DNA of 64,000 nt from an uncultured virus (IMG/VR IMGVR_UViG_3300032266_000815) (lineage: Duplodnaviria; Heunggongvirae; Uroviricota; Caudoviricetes): the IMG/VR virus record IMGVR_UViG_3300032266_000815; one strand, given 5' to 3'. The notes under the pieces were generated by a model that had not been told where the DNA came from, did no database searches, and saw nothing but the letters and a program-made list of their open reading frames with translations. The translations under genes and the position numbers were made by a program. Shown in pieces: positions 48,569 to 58,900 of this stretch (its first letter is position 1; each line of letters opens with the position of its first letter).

Positions 48569-49688
48569 TCGGTTCTCCTGTGAATAATAATGGTTTTGTT
48601 GGATCCTTTGTGGAAGGATTAAATGACAATACAATTGCATTTGGATAAACTTTTCTAATTTCTCTTGTTACTTCTTCTTTTGTTGGTCTGGTAAATTGCT
48701 GAAAGAACATTTGAGTGGTAATATATTTACCCCTCCAGTTCAATAGTATTGTGTAAGTTGATCCACGAGTTTGTATTCGTAGATAGTTTTCATCTATATC
48801 TTCAATTGTTGCTGATTCATTTGCAGGATACGGCATTGTTATATTATAATCTTTTTTTGAACTAATTATCTCTGCTGGTAAGGAGAACATATCCCAATAT
48901 TTTGTACCATACTTACATTCTGTTCTTTTTTCGAGTTTTTCACATTTTGGACAATATCTATCTGCTCTTTCACGAATTGGAGTATGCCAATCACCCCCAA
49001 GTGAATCAGTACTTTCAGATTTAGTTCCCCAACTATCAGCACCAACTTTGCGGCATTTTACAAGTGCTCCGGACGCATATGCACTTGGCCAAACTTTATA
49101 TCTAGATTTTACCTTTTTATAACAAGCGTCTTTTTCACCAGCAGATTCTTGAGTTACCATTTTTGCTTTACCTGATCTATTTGGGTTTGGATCTTCTTTA
49201 CGTTTTTTAGCAGCTCTCTCATTTCTTTCATCTTCATCCATTGTGGCACGATCATCGGGATCTCTACAATAAGGTTTTGTTTTTTGTCCTGGTTGTTTGG
49301 CACAAGGTTTCCCATCATACTTTCCACCAGTTTGAACCCATCCACCATCATCAAACCACTTATCTAACCTGCCTTTATAATCCTTTGCTTTAATTCCATC
49401 AGTTGCTTCTTTGACATCTTTAAATTTCTTATGCTCTTTCTTTGCAGATGCTTCCATTTTTTTCAAACGAGTATAATAATCTGGAATTTCATTCAAATGC
49501 TGCAAAGCAATATCCATCGCAAGTGTATGATCTTTGGTATGTTCGTGCTCAATTGGTTCTCCCATATCCAATTGCTTCTGAATGAAAGAAACACTAAGAC
49601 GATGTTTCTTTGCAATCTGTTCGACTGTTTTGTGTGATTTTATTTTTGATGAATGTGTTTCTTTTATAAACTGCTTAAAACTTTTCAT
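48549..49688 (-). CDS. Modular basic protein with capsid-targeting-like N-terminus
   Basis: MKSFKQFIKE; small Cys/His/Lys-rich modules separated by xxE sites; CTAAATA at 49704-49710. Confidence 0.7.
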   Translation of the reverse strand: MKSFKQFIKETHSSKIKSHKTVEQIAKKHRLSVSFIQKQLDMGEPIEHEHTKDHTLAMDIALQHLNEIPDYYTRLKKMEASAKKEHKKFKDVKEATDGIKAKDYKGRLDKWFDDGGWVQTGGKYDGKPCAKQPGQKTKPYCRDPDDRATMDEDERNERAAKKRKEDPNPNRSGKAKMVTQESAGEKDACYKKVKSRYKVWPSAYASGALVKCRKVGADSWGTKSESTDSLGGDWHTPIRERADRYCPKCEKLEKRTECKYGTKYWDMFSLPAEIISSKKDYNITMPYPANESATIEDIDENYLRIQTRGSTYTILLNWRGKYITTQMFFQQFTRPTKEEVTREIRKVYPNAIVLSFNPSTKDPTKPLLFTGEPNGTKNY

Positions 49689-49702
49689 AAGAAACTTTCT
49701 AA

Positions 49703-50134
49703 CTATTTAGAGATATCTTCTGCATTTAAACCATTCTTAAGAAGTTTTTGAAGTTCTGCGGTAGATCCAACAAAAAGAGCATTTGTGACGTTTTTTGGTC
49801 CAGATATTTGTTCCTTTTTTAGTTCTTTTACTTTTTGGTGAATATCCATCAACTTATCTGTAGAATCGGCAACATTTTTAATAAGTTGACCAAAAACTTC
49901 ATATGCTCTTGGTTGCTGTCCATCTTGTGCTAACTCTAAAAGGCTTGTTGCTGCTTCTTGTCCTTTTTCAATTAAACTATAAAGAGTTCCACGAATATAA
50001 TCATAATCTAACTCTGAATGGTCTTTATCTTCAATATTTTTTATTTCCTTTTTTGATTCTTTGATGATTTCTTTTGCAGTAATAGTCGCCTTAATATCCA
50101 AAGTTTCGTCTATCTTGTCAAAATTATTGTTCAT
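49703..50134 (-). CDS. g16: Terminase small subunit (gp16)
   Basis: DYDYIRGTL, PRAYEV, NALFVGSTAELQK. Confidence 0.93.
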   Translation of the reverse strand: MNNNFDKIDETLDIKATITAKEIIKESKKEIKNIEDKDHSELDYDYIRGTLYSLIEKGQEAATSLLELAQDGQQPRAYEVFGQLIKNVADSTDKLMDIHQKVKELKKEQISGPKNVTNALFVGSTAELQKLLKNGLNAEDISK

Positions 50135-51183
50135 ACATCAATACCTTTTGTTGGACTATAGGTTTTGCCATCACCATAGTCGTAACGATATTCACTAAAT
50201 CCAAAATCATCATCTTGTTCAATTAAAGCATCATCTGCATTATTGATAATGTTGATATAAGAATTTAATGTATGTGGTGTTATTGTAGTACCATCTTGCC
50301 CTCTAAGAACTTTAATTTTATTTCCACTAATTGAAGTAATTAACATTTCCTCGTCTTCGATTATTATATAACTATTTTCGGATAATAAACTGGTATTACT
50401 AACGGTAAACTCTGTAATCTTATCATCAATATCTTGTGAAAGTATATTTGTATGATCATTATTGTAGTCTTTAGTCGCTCTTGGTTCTGCTACATACCTA
50501 AGTTGCCTAGAAGCATTTACTCTATTTGTGTCACTATAATAATCAACTTGTACTTTTTTGATTAGACCACTTGTAGAGTCTGGTACTGGTCCAAATAAAA
50601 ATGTTTTAGCTACAAAATCTAAAGTATGAATTATAATTCTTTTTTCATCATATCCATTTTCATAGTTATCTGTAAAGTTTATATTTTCAAGAATCATAGG
50701 AACATCTCTCTTCTCACCTATTGCTGATACTAAATCTAATGTTATATTGAATGATGGTTGAAAGAATGGGAGTATTTGTTCTATAATTTGCAGCGAATCA
50801 TCATTATATTGAGACATTATCGAAAGTTGTATGCCTAAGTTGTAAGGAACAGGCATGAAAAGTTTATTTGGTATTTTATTATCTGCAGAATTGAGTGCTT
50901 TAAATGTTTGCATAGCAGAAACTTTTCTACTATTGTCATATTTAATTGTTTTTAATTCAAAAGCCATTCTTGGAAGAGTTATTGCAACTCTTTTTCTTAA
51001 ATCTGGTTTTTGTTCTAATCTTGCTATAAACTTTTCTGTAGGTCCATATGCAATAGGAACTTTTATAATACTATAGTCGGTGGCATCTTGTAGTTTATGT
51101 TTAATATCAATACTATTAAATAAAGTACCAAAAGCAATAATTGTTTTACGAATTATTTCGTGATAATAGTATTGTCCTAGCAT
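50131..51183 (-). CDS. g15: Tail sheath stabilizer / terminator (gp15)
   Basis: YYHEIIRKTIIAFGTLFN, VPIAYGP, LPRMAFE, QIIEQILPFFQP. Confidence 0.93.
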   Translation of the reverse strand: MLGQYYYHEIIRKTIIAFGTLFNSIDIKHKLQDATDYSIIKVPIAYGPTEKFIARLEQKPDLRKRVAITLPRMAFELKTIKYDNSRKVSAMQTFKALNSADNKIPNKLFMPVPYNLGIQLSIMSQYNDDSLQIIEQILPFFQPSFNITLDLVSAIGEKRDVPMILENINFTDNYENGYDEKRIIIHTLDFVAKTFLFGPVPDSTSGLIKKVQVDYYSDTNRVNASRQLRYVAEPRATKDYNNDHTNILSQDIDDKITEFTVSNTSLLSENSYIIIEDEEMLITSISGNKIKVLRGQDGTTITPHTLNSYINIINNADDALIEQDDDFGFSEYRYDYGDGKTYSPTKGIDV

Positions 51184-51212
51184 AATAATAACCTTTTATT
51201 AATTATTTAGAG

Positions 51213-52628
51213 TTAATAATCCCCAAAGGGGTTGTCTTGACTAAAATCTATAATTTCATCTGCTTCATCTTCGATGGAAATATTTTCTGCATATGTATCT
51301 GTTTCGTCTTGTTTATCAATTGAATATATAACATAACTTGCAGTTGACCCTCCATTTGTTGTTCCCATACCAACAATAGTTTCTCCAGGAGTAAAACTAC
51401 CATTTACTATTTTGAGTTTAAGAACTCTTGTGTCATAGTCCCAATCATTTACATGTGCAGTTGTCCCGGTAGAAACACCTCTTACAATTTCATTAAATGC
51501 ATAACTTCCGGTAGAAATTCCAGAAGGAGACGATAACGTAATTGTTGGTATTTGTGTATATCCAACTCCAGCATTTATATAACGAATTGAAGTCACAATA
51601 CCAGAAGAGTTGATATATGCCTCTGCAGTTGCAGATACACCCCCAGATGGAGCAGTTGATATGGAAACAACAGGAGAAGAAGAATAACCAAATCCAGAAT
51701 CTGTAATAGTAAATGGACCAATAGAACCACTTTGAAGAACCGCAGTAGCAATTCCACCAGATCCACTATTACCTTTAATAGTAACTGTTGGTGCTGTTGT
51801 ATATCCCATTCCTGGACTTATGATCAAAATTCTATCAATCGAACTACCCATTTGTCCAGAACGATGAGTCATTATTGCTACTGCAGTAGCAGTTGATCCT
51901 CCCGTTGGTGCTCTGGAAATTGATACAACTGGTACTGTCAAATAACCAGTTCCGTCATTTACTAAATCAATTCTTCCTATAGAACTTCCTCCAATTACAG
52001 AAAGATCGGATGCAAGTGAAACAGATGCAGTCGCAGTCCTTGCACTTGCTGAAGTCATTTGTATTGTTTGAATATAACCAAAGTCTTGAACAGATTTATC
52101 AACTTCTTCAAGTGAAGTGTTAATATCTTCGTCCATTTCATAATCCATTACTTCACATCTTAACTCATAGATATACAAATTATTTAATTGATAGAAAGGT
52201 TTTTTCCCCTCTACATATTTAATTTCAAATATTGTATTATCTAAAGGAAGGTAAATCAAATCACCTTCTTCTGGTCTTGTTGATAACTCAATATTAGGAT
52301 CACTAGAAAGAAATGGAGTAATAAAGTCTTCATATCTTTCTTTTGATATTGCAAAAGATACCTCATCTGTAGTTTTTACACCAAATTTCGATAAAATATC
52401 ACCTTGACCACCAAATCCTTCATAATTGATTAAATACGCTTCAAGTCTAAATGCATCATCAAATTTGGATACTGTTATTTCTTTTAATATTGTTTTTTTA
52501 TTAAAAATTTTTCTAGGTAAATATACAACATCCTGTCCATACATTCTCAATTGTTCATTGATCAAATTTTGTACTAATCTTTGTTCACTAGCAGAACCTT
52601 GCAGAAAATATGGATTGAGTGGAGACAT
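51213..52628 (-). CDS. g14: Neck protein (gp14) with inserted repeat region
   Basis: EQRLVQNLINEQLRMYG, RPEEGDLIY, C-terminal NPFG. Confidence 0.9.
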   Translation of the reverse strand: MSPLNPYFLQGSASEQRLVQNLINEQLRMYGQDVVYLPRKIFNKKTILKEITVSKFDDAFRLEAYLINYEGFGGQGDILSKFGVKTTDEVSFAISKERYEDFITPFLSSDPNIELSTRPEEGDLIYLPLDNTIFEIKYVEGKKPFYQLNNLYIYELRCEVMDYEMDEDINTSLEEVDKSVQDFGYIQTIQMTSASARTATASVSLASDLSVIGGSSIGRIDLVNDGTGYLTVPVVSISRAPTGGSTATAVAIMTHRSGQMGSSIDRILIISPGMGYTTAPTVTIKGNSGSGGIATAVLQSGSIGPFTITDSGFGYSSSPVVSISTAPSGGVSATAEAYINSSGIVTSIRYINAGVGYTQIPTITLSSPSGISTGSYAFNEIVRGVSTGTTAHVNDWDYDTRVLKLKIVNGSFTPGETIVGMGTTNGGSTASYVIYSIDKQDETDTYAENISIEDEADEIIDFSQDNPFGDY

Positions 52629-52632
52629 CTTA

Positions 52633-53448
52633 TTAACCTATCATATCCATTGGAGGCAATTCGTATTCTGTCTTTAACTGGTGTTCACTCTCTTCTATCT
52701 CTTTGACTGCATCATCAAAAAGTTGTCTTCCATTTAGTTGAACACCGCCAGGAAGCAATACGCCCTGGAATTTAATCATATTTTGTCCCCATTGTTTTTT
52801 AATTATTGCAGTTAAATATTTTTTAAGCCACCAATCATTGTATACACTTGATGCATCTGCTGGATCTACTAGTCTGTAACAATCAAATATAAGATAATTA
52901 TTTGGTCCCATTTGACTCCAATCAATATCTAAATATAATCTATGATTTTTTTTATTAAATCTAGTTTGAATGTCTGGAGTAATAATTCTACTCAAATCTT
53001 CCAAATAGGTTTTGACCATTGCATAATTCAAAATATCAAGTGCTCCATAATAATATAAATCATTTAAAAATAATTGATATTTGATATTAAATAAACCACT
53101 AGAAATTGTACTGGAATCTACCTTGAATACATTATTTACACCAATTACATGATCGGGAAGTTGTATGAAGTTATTAGATTCTGTATAAGAAACAGTAGTA
53201 ATTCCAACATTGGAAGATGCAGTTGAAGTTGTAACTCCTGTTTTTATAGAATCTAATTGACTTTGTGATAACTGATGTTTTAAGAATACTTTTTCAATTC
53301 CATCATAATGTCTTTCATTAAAATATTGAATTGCATCATCAACTAAATCGTCAATTTGATCATCATCTACGTTAATTTCTATTACCGGATATCCAAGTTT
53401 TCTTAAACAATAATCTATTAAACCTTGACGTGATGATGGTTGAGCCAT
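52633..53448 (-). CDS. g13: Neck protein (gp13)
   Basis: YCLRKLGYPVIEINV, KKQWGQNMIKF, LPGGVQLNG. Confidence 0.95.
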   Translation of the reverse strand: MAQPSSRQGLIDYCLRKLGYPVIEINVDDDQIDDLVDDAIQYFNERHYDGIEKVFLKHQLSQSQLDSIKTGVTTSTASSNVGITTVSYTESNNFIQLPDHVIGVNNVFKVDSSTISSGLFNIKYQLFLNDLYYYGALDILNYAMVKTYLEDLSRIITPDIQTRFNKKNHRLYLDIDWSQMGPNNYLIFDCYRLVDPADASSVYNDWWLKKYLTAIIKKQWGQNMIKFQGVLLPGGVQLNGRQLFDDAVKEIEESEHQLKTEYELPPMDMIG

Positions 53449-53450
53449 TG

Positions 53451-53690
53451 TTAGAAACCTGCCTCTTCGTATTTATCTTCTTCTTTTAACTTTTTTGTTT
53501 TATTTTTAATCAAATCGTCATATTTTTTTTGAAGTTCCAAATTTACAATTAGAAGTTTATTTTTTTCATCTTCATAATCTTGAACTAAAGATTGCATTTT
53601 TGCTTCCAAAAGAATATTCTGATTTAGTAGATTTGAAATTTTTTGTGTGTATACATTTACTAAAATATTCACATCAACATCATTATTCAT
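53451..53690 (-). CDS. Small coiled-coil hypothetical protein
   Basis: ORF track. Confidence 0.7.
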   Translation of the reverse strand: MNNDVDVNILVNVYTQKISNLLNQNILLEAKMQSLVQDYEDEKNKLLIVNLELQKKYDDLIKNKTKKLKEEDKYEEAGF

Positions 53691-53692
53691 AA

Positions 53693-55426
53693 TTAGAATT
53701 GACCTCCATCTATAGTGTCAGTCCAAACAGGAACATTTGAAGCATTTGTAGTCAAAATATAATTTGAAGTACTTGCATAACCAACTTCTGGAGATGTAGT
53801 ACTTGTAAGTTTTCCATTTGAATCAAAATATGCAGATCCTCTGGTACTAATGCCAGAAGATGTAAAATTAAGATATAAAGCTCCAATATCAAGAGTACCC
53901 TTAGTTCCTGATACTACACTATTTGTAAATGTAGCATCAGGAATAAAAGTAAGGTAACCAGTAGAATCTTTGTAACCAAAGAAACCTTTTTTATAATTTG
54001 CAATACCAGAACTTGTATTGTATTCAAAAGAAATACCACGGTCAGTATTTGTGTCATAATAATGTTGTACTGTTAACTGCGTAGTCGTTGCAATTCCAGA
54101 AGTTGTGGTTCCAGAAATTGTAATAACTTTAGAGGTAGAATTATATGCCGTAACAGTTCTATCGGCAGTCGTTACTGGAAGTCCATTTGGACCAGAAATA
54201 ATATCGCCAGTATTGATACCAACAACTGAATCTAATGTAATTGTACTCACACCAGAAGCAACAGTTCCCATAATGGTCCTGATGCTTGTAATATCCCCAA
54301 GATTGAATATTACTTCATTTGCACTTACAGTGCTTGAATTTACTGTAGTTGTAGTTCCATCTACTTGTAAATCACCTTTAACAACAACAGTACCCTGATT
54401 GCTTAATCCATCTGGGTATGGGTCAATATAAAGAGTATTTCCTCCACCGGATTTAGTAGAAATTACATTCGAACTAATTCCAATATTATCAATTATTGCT
54501 CCACCGATATTGGTAAATACGCCAGAGTGTGTAATCGATCCAGTAAATGTACTAACTCCGATTACAGTATGTATATCACTACCAGAGTCGCCTAAATTTG
54601 TATTTCCTTGTACTATTAGATTACCAGTAAGAGTCTGATTTGCTGTTACGTTTAAACTACCACCAATATAAACATTACTTGCAATTCCAACTCCTCCAGA
54701 TACAACTAAAGCACCAGTTGTAGTTGAACTTGAGGTTGTAGTTCCATTAATTTTTACATCACTTGCAAAAGTACCAAATCCTGCCTTAGATACGACAAAT
54801 TTTGATACTCCACCTACTTGAAGATCAACTAATTTTGAAGAACTGGCAGATTGAGTATCTGTTATGTTTACTCTCAGACCAGTAAAATCTATTCCAGAGT
54901 TATTCCAAGTACTTGTGGCATTTAAAACTGGATAATCTAAAGATAAAGTACCTTGGGTTACTGATGTAGAACCATTTGTACTATCAACTACAAATCTATT
55001 TGTAGATCCGTCAGTAATATTAAAATTCTGTGAAGTACCACCAGTGAATATTAAATCTCCTGTACCATTTGGATCAATATAAATATCACCATTTGAATTT
55101 GTAGATGAAACTGTATTTCCATCAATTGTAATATTATCTACATTCCATTGATCAACTTTACGATTTTGATCTAGAACAGGAACAAAACCATTTGCTGGAG
55201 TTGTTGGGTTTGCTTGCCCAGAGACTAAACCAGGAGCAATACTTAGAAGATCTGTATAATATCTACCACCAACTATTTGTGGATTTGAAGAATTGTCACC
55301 AGCAAATAATCTTCCTCCAAAGTTTCCATTGGTTCCTACACCAACTGTAAGACCAAGTTCTCCAAAATTTAAACTACCTGGAGATACAGTTCCTGTGGAT
55401 CTTTTGACTCTGATTATGCTTGCCAT
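53693..55426 (-). CDS. Fibre-like virion protein
   Basis: IRVKRS...GEL N-terminus, GALVVSGGVGI repeat, C-terminal IDGGQF. Confidence 0.7.
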   Translation of the reverse strand: MASIIRVKRSTGTVSPGSLNFGELGLTVGVGTNGNFGGRLFAGDNSSNPQIVGGRYYTDLLSIAPGLVSGQANPTTPANGFVPVLDQNRKVDQWNVDNITIDGNTVSSTNSNGDIYIDPNGTGDLIFTGGTSQNFNITDGSTNRFVVDSTNGSTSVTQGTLSLDYPVLNATSTWNNSGIDFTGLRVNITDTQSASSSKLVDLQVGGVSKFVVSKAGFGTFASDVKINGTTTSSSTTTGALVVSGGVGIASNVYIGGSLNVTANQTLTGNLIVQGNTNLGDSGSDIHTVIGVSTFTGSITHSGVFTNIGGAIIDNIGISSNVISTKSGGGNTLYIDPYPDGLSNQGTVVVKGDLQVDGTTTTVNSSTVSANEVIFNLGDITSIRTIMGTVASGVSTITLDSVVGINTGDIISGPNGLPVTTADRTVTAYNSTSKVITISGTTTSGIATTTQLTVQHYYDTNTDRGISFEYNTSSGIANYKKGFFGYKDSTGYLTFIPDATFTNSVVSGTKGTLDIGALYLNFTSSGISTRGSAYFDSNGKLTSTTSPEVGYASTSNYILTTNASNVPVWTDTIDGGQF

Positions 55427-55650
55427 TAAAAGCTACCTCCGTTGATGTCCAAATTTTGAGTGTTACCTGGTGTTAATGATAAAGTTGCTTCCCATTTTGA
55501 TATTGCAGCATTATATACTAAAACCATACCGTCCGATAAAGATGTAATACTTACATCGGACAGACCTGCCAAACTACCCCCGGTATTACCAAAGGTTGAA
55601 AGAACTTTAATGGCATTTTCGGAACCCAATCTTACCTTGATGTCAGCCAT
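55426..55650 (-). CDS. Small virion-associated hypothetical protein
   Basis: LSDV...DGMVLVYN...KW motif; C-terminal INGGSF like its neighbour. Confidence 0.65.
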   Translation of the reverse strand: MADIKVRLGSENAIKVLSTFGNTGGSLAGLSDVSITSLSDGMVLVYNAAISKWEATLSLTPGNTQNLDINGGSF

Positions 55651-55753
55651 TTTTCTTATGCGGTGGTGACTTCAAAATATTCACATATATTATTTTTTAT
55701 GTCAGCAACATAAAAATCCATTAGATAAACACTTTATAGTATCCTGAATATAT

Positions 55754-55975
55754 TTATACTTCCTTTGATATTACCTGTTTCAAAAGATTTTTAATTTCAT
55801 TAATATCATTCTTTAGTATTTCAACATCTTCAAATAATTGTGCTGATTTTTCAATTTCTTTTATCTTTTTTTCTTTTTCAATTAAAAAATTCTCATAATC
55901 ACTATTTGAATAATTTATGATAGCATTAGTCTTTTCGTCTCTAAACAAAAACTTATGATCTTTTACTGGTATCAT
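55754..55975 (-). CDS. Small hypothetical protein
   Basis: LFRDEKTNAIIN, C-terminal coiled coil. Confidence 0.7.
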   Translation of the reverse strand: MIPVKDHKFLFRDEKTNAIINYSNSDYENFLIEKEKKIKEIEKSAQLFEDVEILKNDINEIKNLLKQVISKEV

Positions 55976-58900
55976 GATTTGGATGCAATAACTCTTAGAT
56001 CTTTAATTCTTGGATATAATGCTTGATTTGATCCAGACATTAAAATTTTAATTTGGAATCCATTGAATGGTGGAAGATTTTCTGCATTGAACTCATAACT
56101 TCCAAAATCAGAACTGTTTGTGGAAGGAATAACAAATTTGTCCGATCTGCCACTATTATTTTTTGGATCAATTACAAAACCATTATTGTCTAAATTATCA
56201 TATCCTGGGAATAACTCAAAAAATTGTTGTTGAAATGTGGAATCAGATCTTAATAATCTATACATAACTCTTATGTCGCTAGATGAATCTCTATATGCAT
56301 CAAATAATACTTTCATACTATCTGATGATTGCTTTAGATTTATTATTTTAGAAACATATATTGCAGCATGTGGATCATCAAATAGACTATTTACTCTTGG
56401 ATCTTTGGAATAATTTGTAACTGGATCATTCAATCTAGTCATTACTGTAATTACATTAACTCTATCGAGATCAATCATTGGAGAAACTTTTGGATCTCCA
56501 GTGGAGAATTGGACTTCTAATGTGAAAGATTTATTTCCAGGATAAGCAGAGAGATAAGTTTTTTCATTTACTTCTGATGCAATAATTCTTGGTGAAGATA
56601 ATACATGATCGGAAGTTAAAGATATATCTTCAAATCCTTGATCAACATATGAAATCTCATTTCCACCAACACTACTACCAGAGAATGTTCTAATTCTACA
56701 ACTTAAAGAACCTGTTGGTGGTATTAGTGTTTGAATGTTTGGTTTTATTATATTAAATGGTATATTTTGTGTTGCTTTTGGTCCTTTAGAATTTGAAGAA
56801 GTTGGAAGAATCGTTTGATATGAACCACCAGATTTTGTTTCATTGAAATATAATGCTGGATATGCATTCCCATTTCCTGTGCTTCTATCCGTTCCGTCTG
56901 CGGTTGGATTTAATTCAATACTATATTAATCCAAATCTATCGAATAAGAATTGGAGATTGTATGTGTTTTGTTAATTCTTTTTAAGGAAACTCCATTTAA
57001 TTCATATTTTGATACAATTTCATTTGAATTATATGAACTAGGTACAGATCCTCTTGAAATGCCTGTTAGTGTTTTTGTGGATGTATTTAATCCAGTGTAT
57101 CCAATAATTTCATCTTTAATAAGTATGTAACCAGTATTTGCAACACTTACGGAAATATTTTCAAAATTATTAAAAATACTTACATCAGTCAAAGTCATTG
57201 CACTAGTAGAAGATGCACTATAATCTGCTGCTAATCTTACCGGAGAAATATCGGATTCTATTCCACTTAAAGATACTTTATTTTGAGTAGAATACATTCC
57301 ATGATTGTTATGATTTACTTTAAACTTCAATCCACTTGAAATTGAATTTACTGATGATGCATTTCCGCCAAGAATTGTTGTAATACCTGTAGTTGAAGTG
57401 TATTGAATGTACTTAGTGGTATCAGTAGTATCAATTGTTCCTTGAACATTATCGACTATTAATGCATTTACTGATGTAATGATGCCAGCATTATTTGGAA
57501 CTGTCAATAGTAGATTTTTACCCAACCCTCCTGTACTCGTTGAAGTAATACTGAGAACATCGCCAATCCCGTAACCAATACCAGAAATTGTGACTGTTGC
57601 TGCAATTGCAACTCCTCCACTTACAGATAAGTTTGCCTTTGCACCTATACCATTACCAGTTATAGTAAGTAGATTTACGTTAGAATATGTTATTGATCCG
57701 TTTGTATATCCAACACCAGAATTAGTTATTGTTAAAGTACCTGTAGATCCTGTACAAATTCCTCCCAATACTTTGGTTAAATTTGCAGAAAATGTTGAAT
57801 TATTTTTTTGACTAATATTAACTCCTTTCACTAACTGTACTTGATCTTGATATTTGATACTTGTTCCAATTCCGACTAAAGTATTATTTGAATACATTTG
57901 AATTGGATTTTGTCTTAGAGATACAATTTGATTGTTACCTATACCCAAAGTTGGATTATAAAATCTTATATTTGAAGAATTTGTAATAAAATCTGCACGA
58001 TATAAAGTGAATTTCAAATCTTCATATTGACTTGCATCCCAAGTTGCCCCATTTTGCGACTTAAATAGTGAACCTAAAAGTGGTTGTTGCGAAACAATAA
58101 CTCGTTCTGATTCCGATTTAGATAAAGTAGATACTTCAGGCTCTCCCATTCTAGAAATCCAAACATTATATTGATCAGATGCAGAAAGCAAAACAATTGA
58201 ATATGCATTTGCAGTTTCAAGATAAACTGGTGATGGGAAAGTAAATGTTGTAGGTATTGATCCATCTTCAGAGATTGAAACTTGACTTGGTTCCAAAACA
58301 ACCTCACCAAAAGGAAGAATTGTTTGTGTTGGTAATCCAGTAGTCATTGTTCTCACTTGGAGAGTTACTGGAATGTTATTTGTGGATTTTGATCTGAAGA
58401 ATATATCACATTTTGTAATAAAAACTCCATTTGCATCAGCAACTTCAAATGATTGCGCCAATGGATCTACCCATCTACTATTAGTTACCGTTCTATTTGT
58501 AAAAGATGTATCTGCAACGATTCTTGTATCAGTTTCAGTTGTTTGTCTGTTATCTGTTTTTGCATTTCTTGAGATATCTGCATTTCTTATTCTTAATGTA
58601 GTTGCCTCAACATTGTCTAATGTTCCATTTGATGTAAAATTAGATTCTGCAGAACTTTCAGAAAATCCAGATATTGTGGAATTTACTTCACTTGTAGTTA
58701 ATTTAATTGTTTTTGTTCCAGTCGTAAATGTTGGTGTCGATGGAACAGTTGGATCCGGAATAAAGAACGATCCAATAAATGTTCCTGCACTATCACTAAT
58801 CAACCTTATGTCTTTTATGTTACATATTGCGCCACTACTTTGTCCAACAAGACGCATTCCAGAAACAGCTTGCCCATAAAATCCTGATGATGATTGAATT

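Noticed and set aside
56926..56928. Genome-wide stop-codon reassignment
   Set aside because: TAA, TAG and TGA all end genes normally in this window; only one interruption was seen
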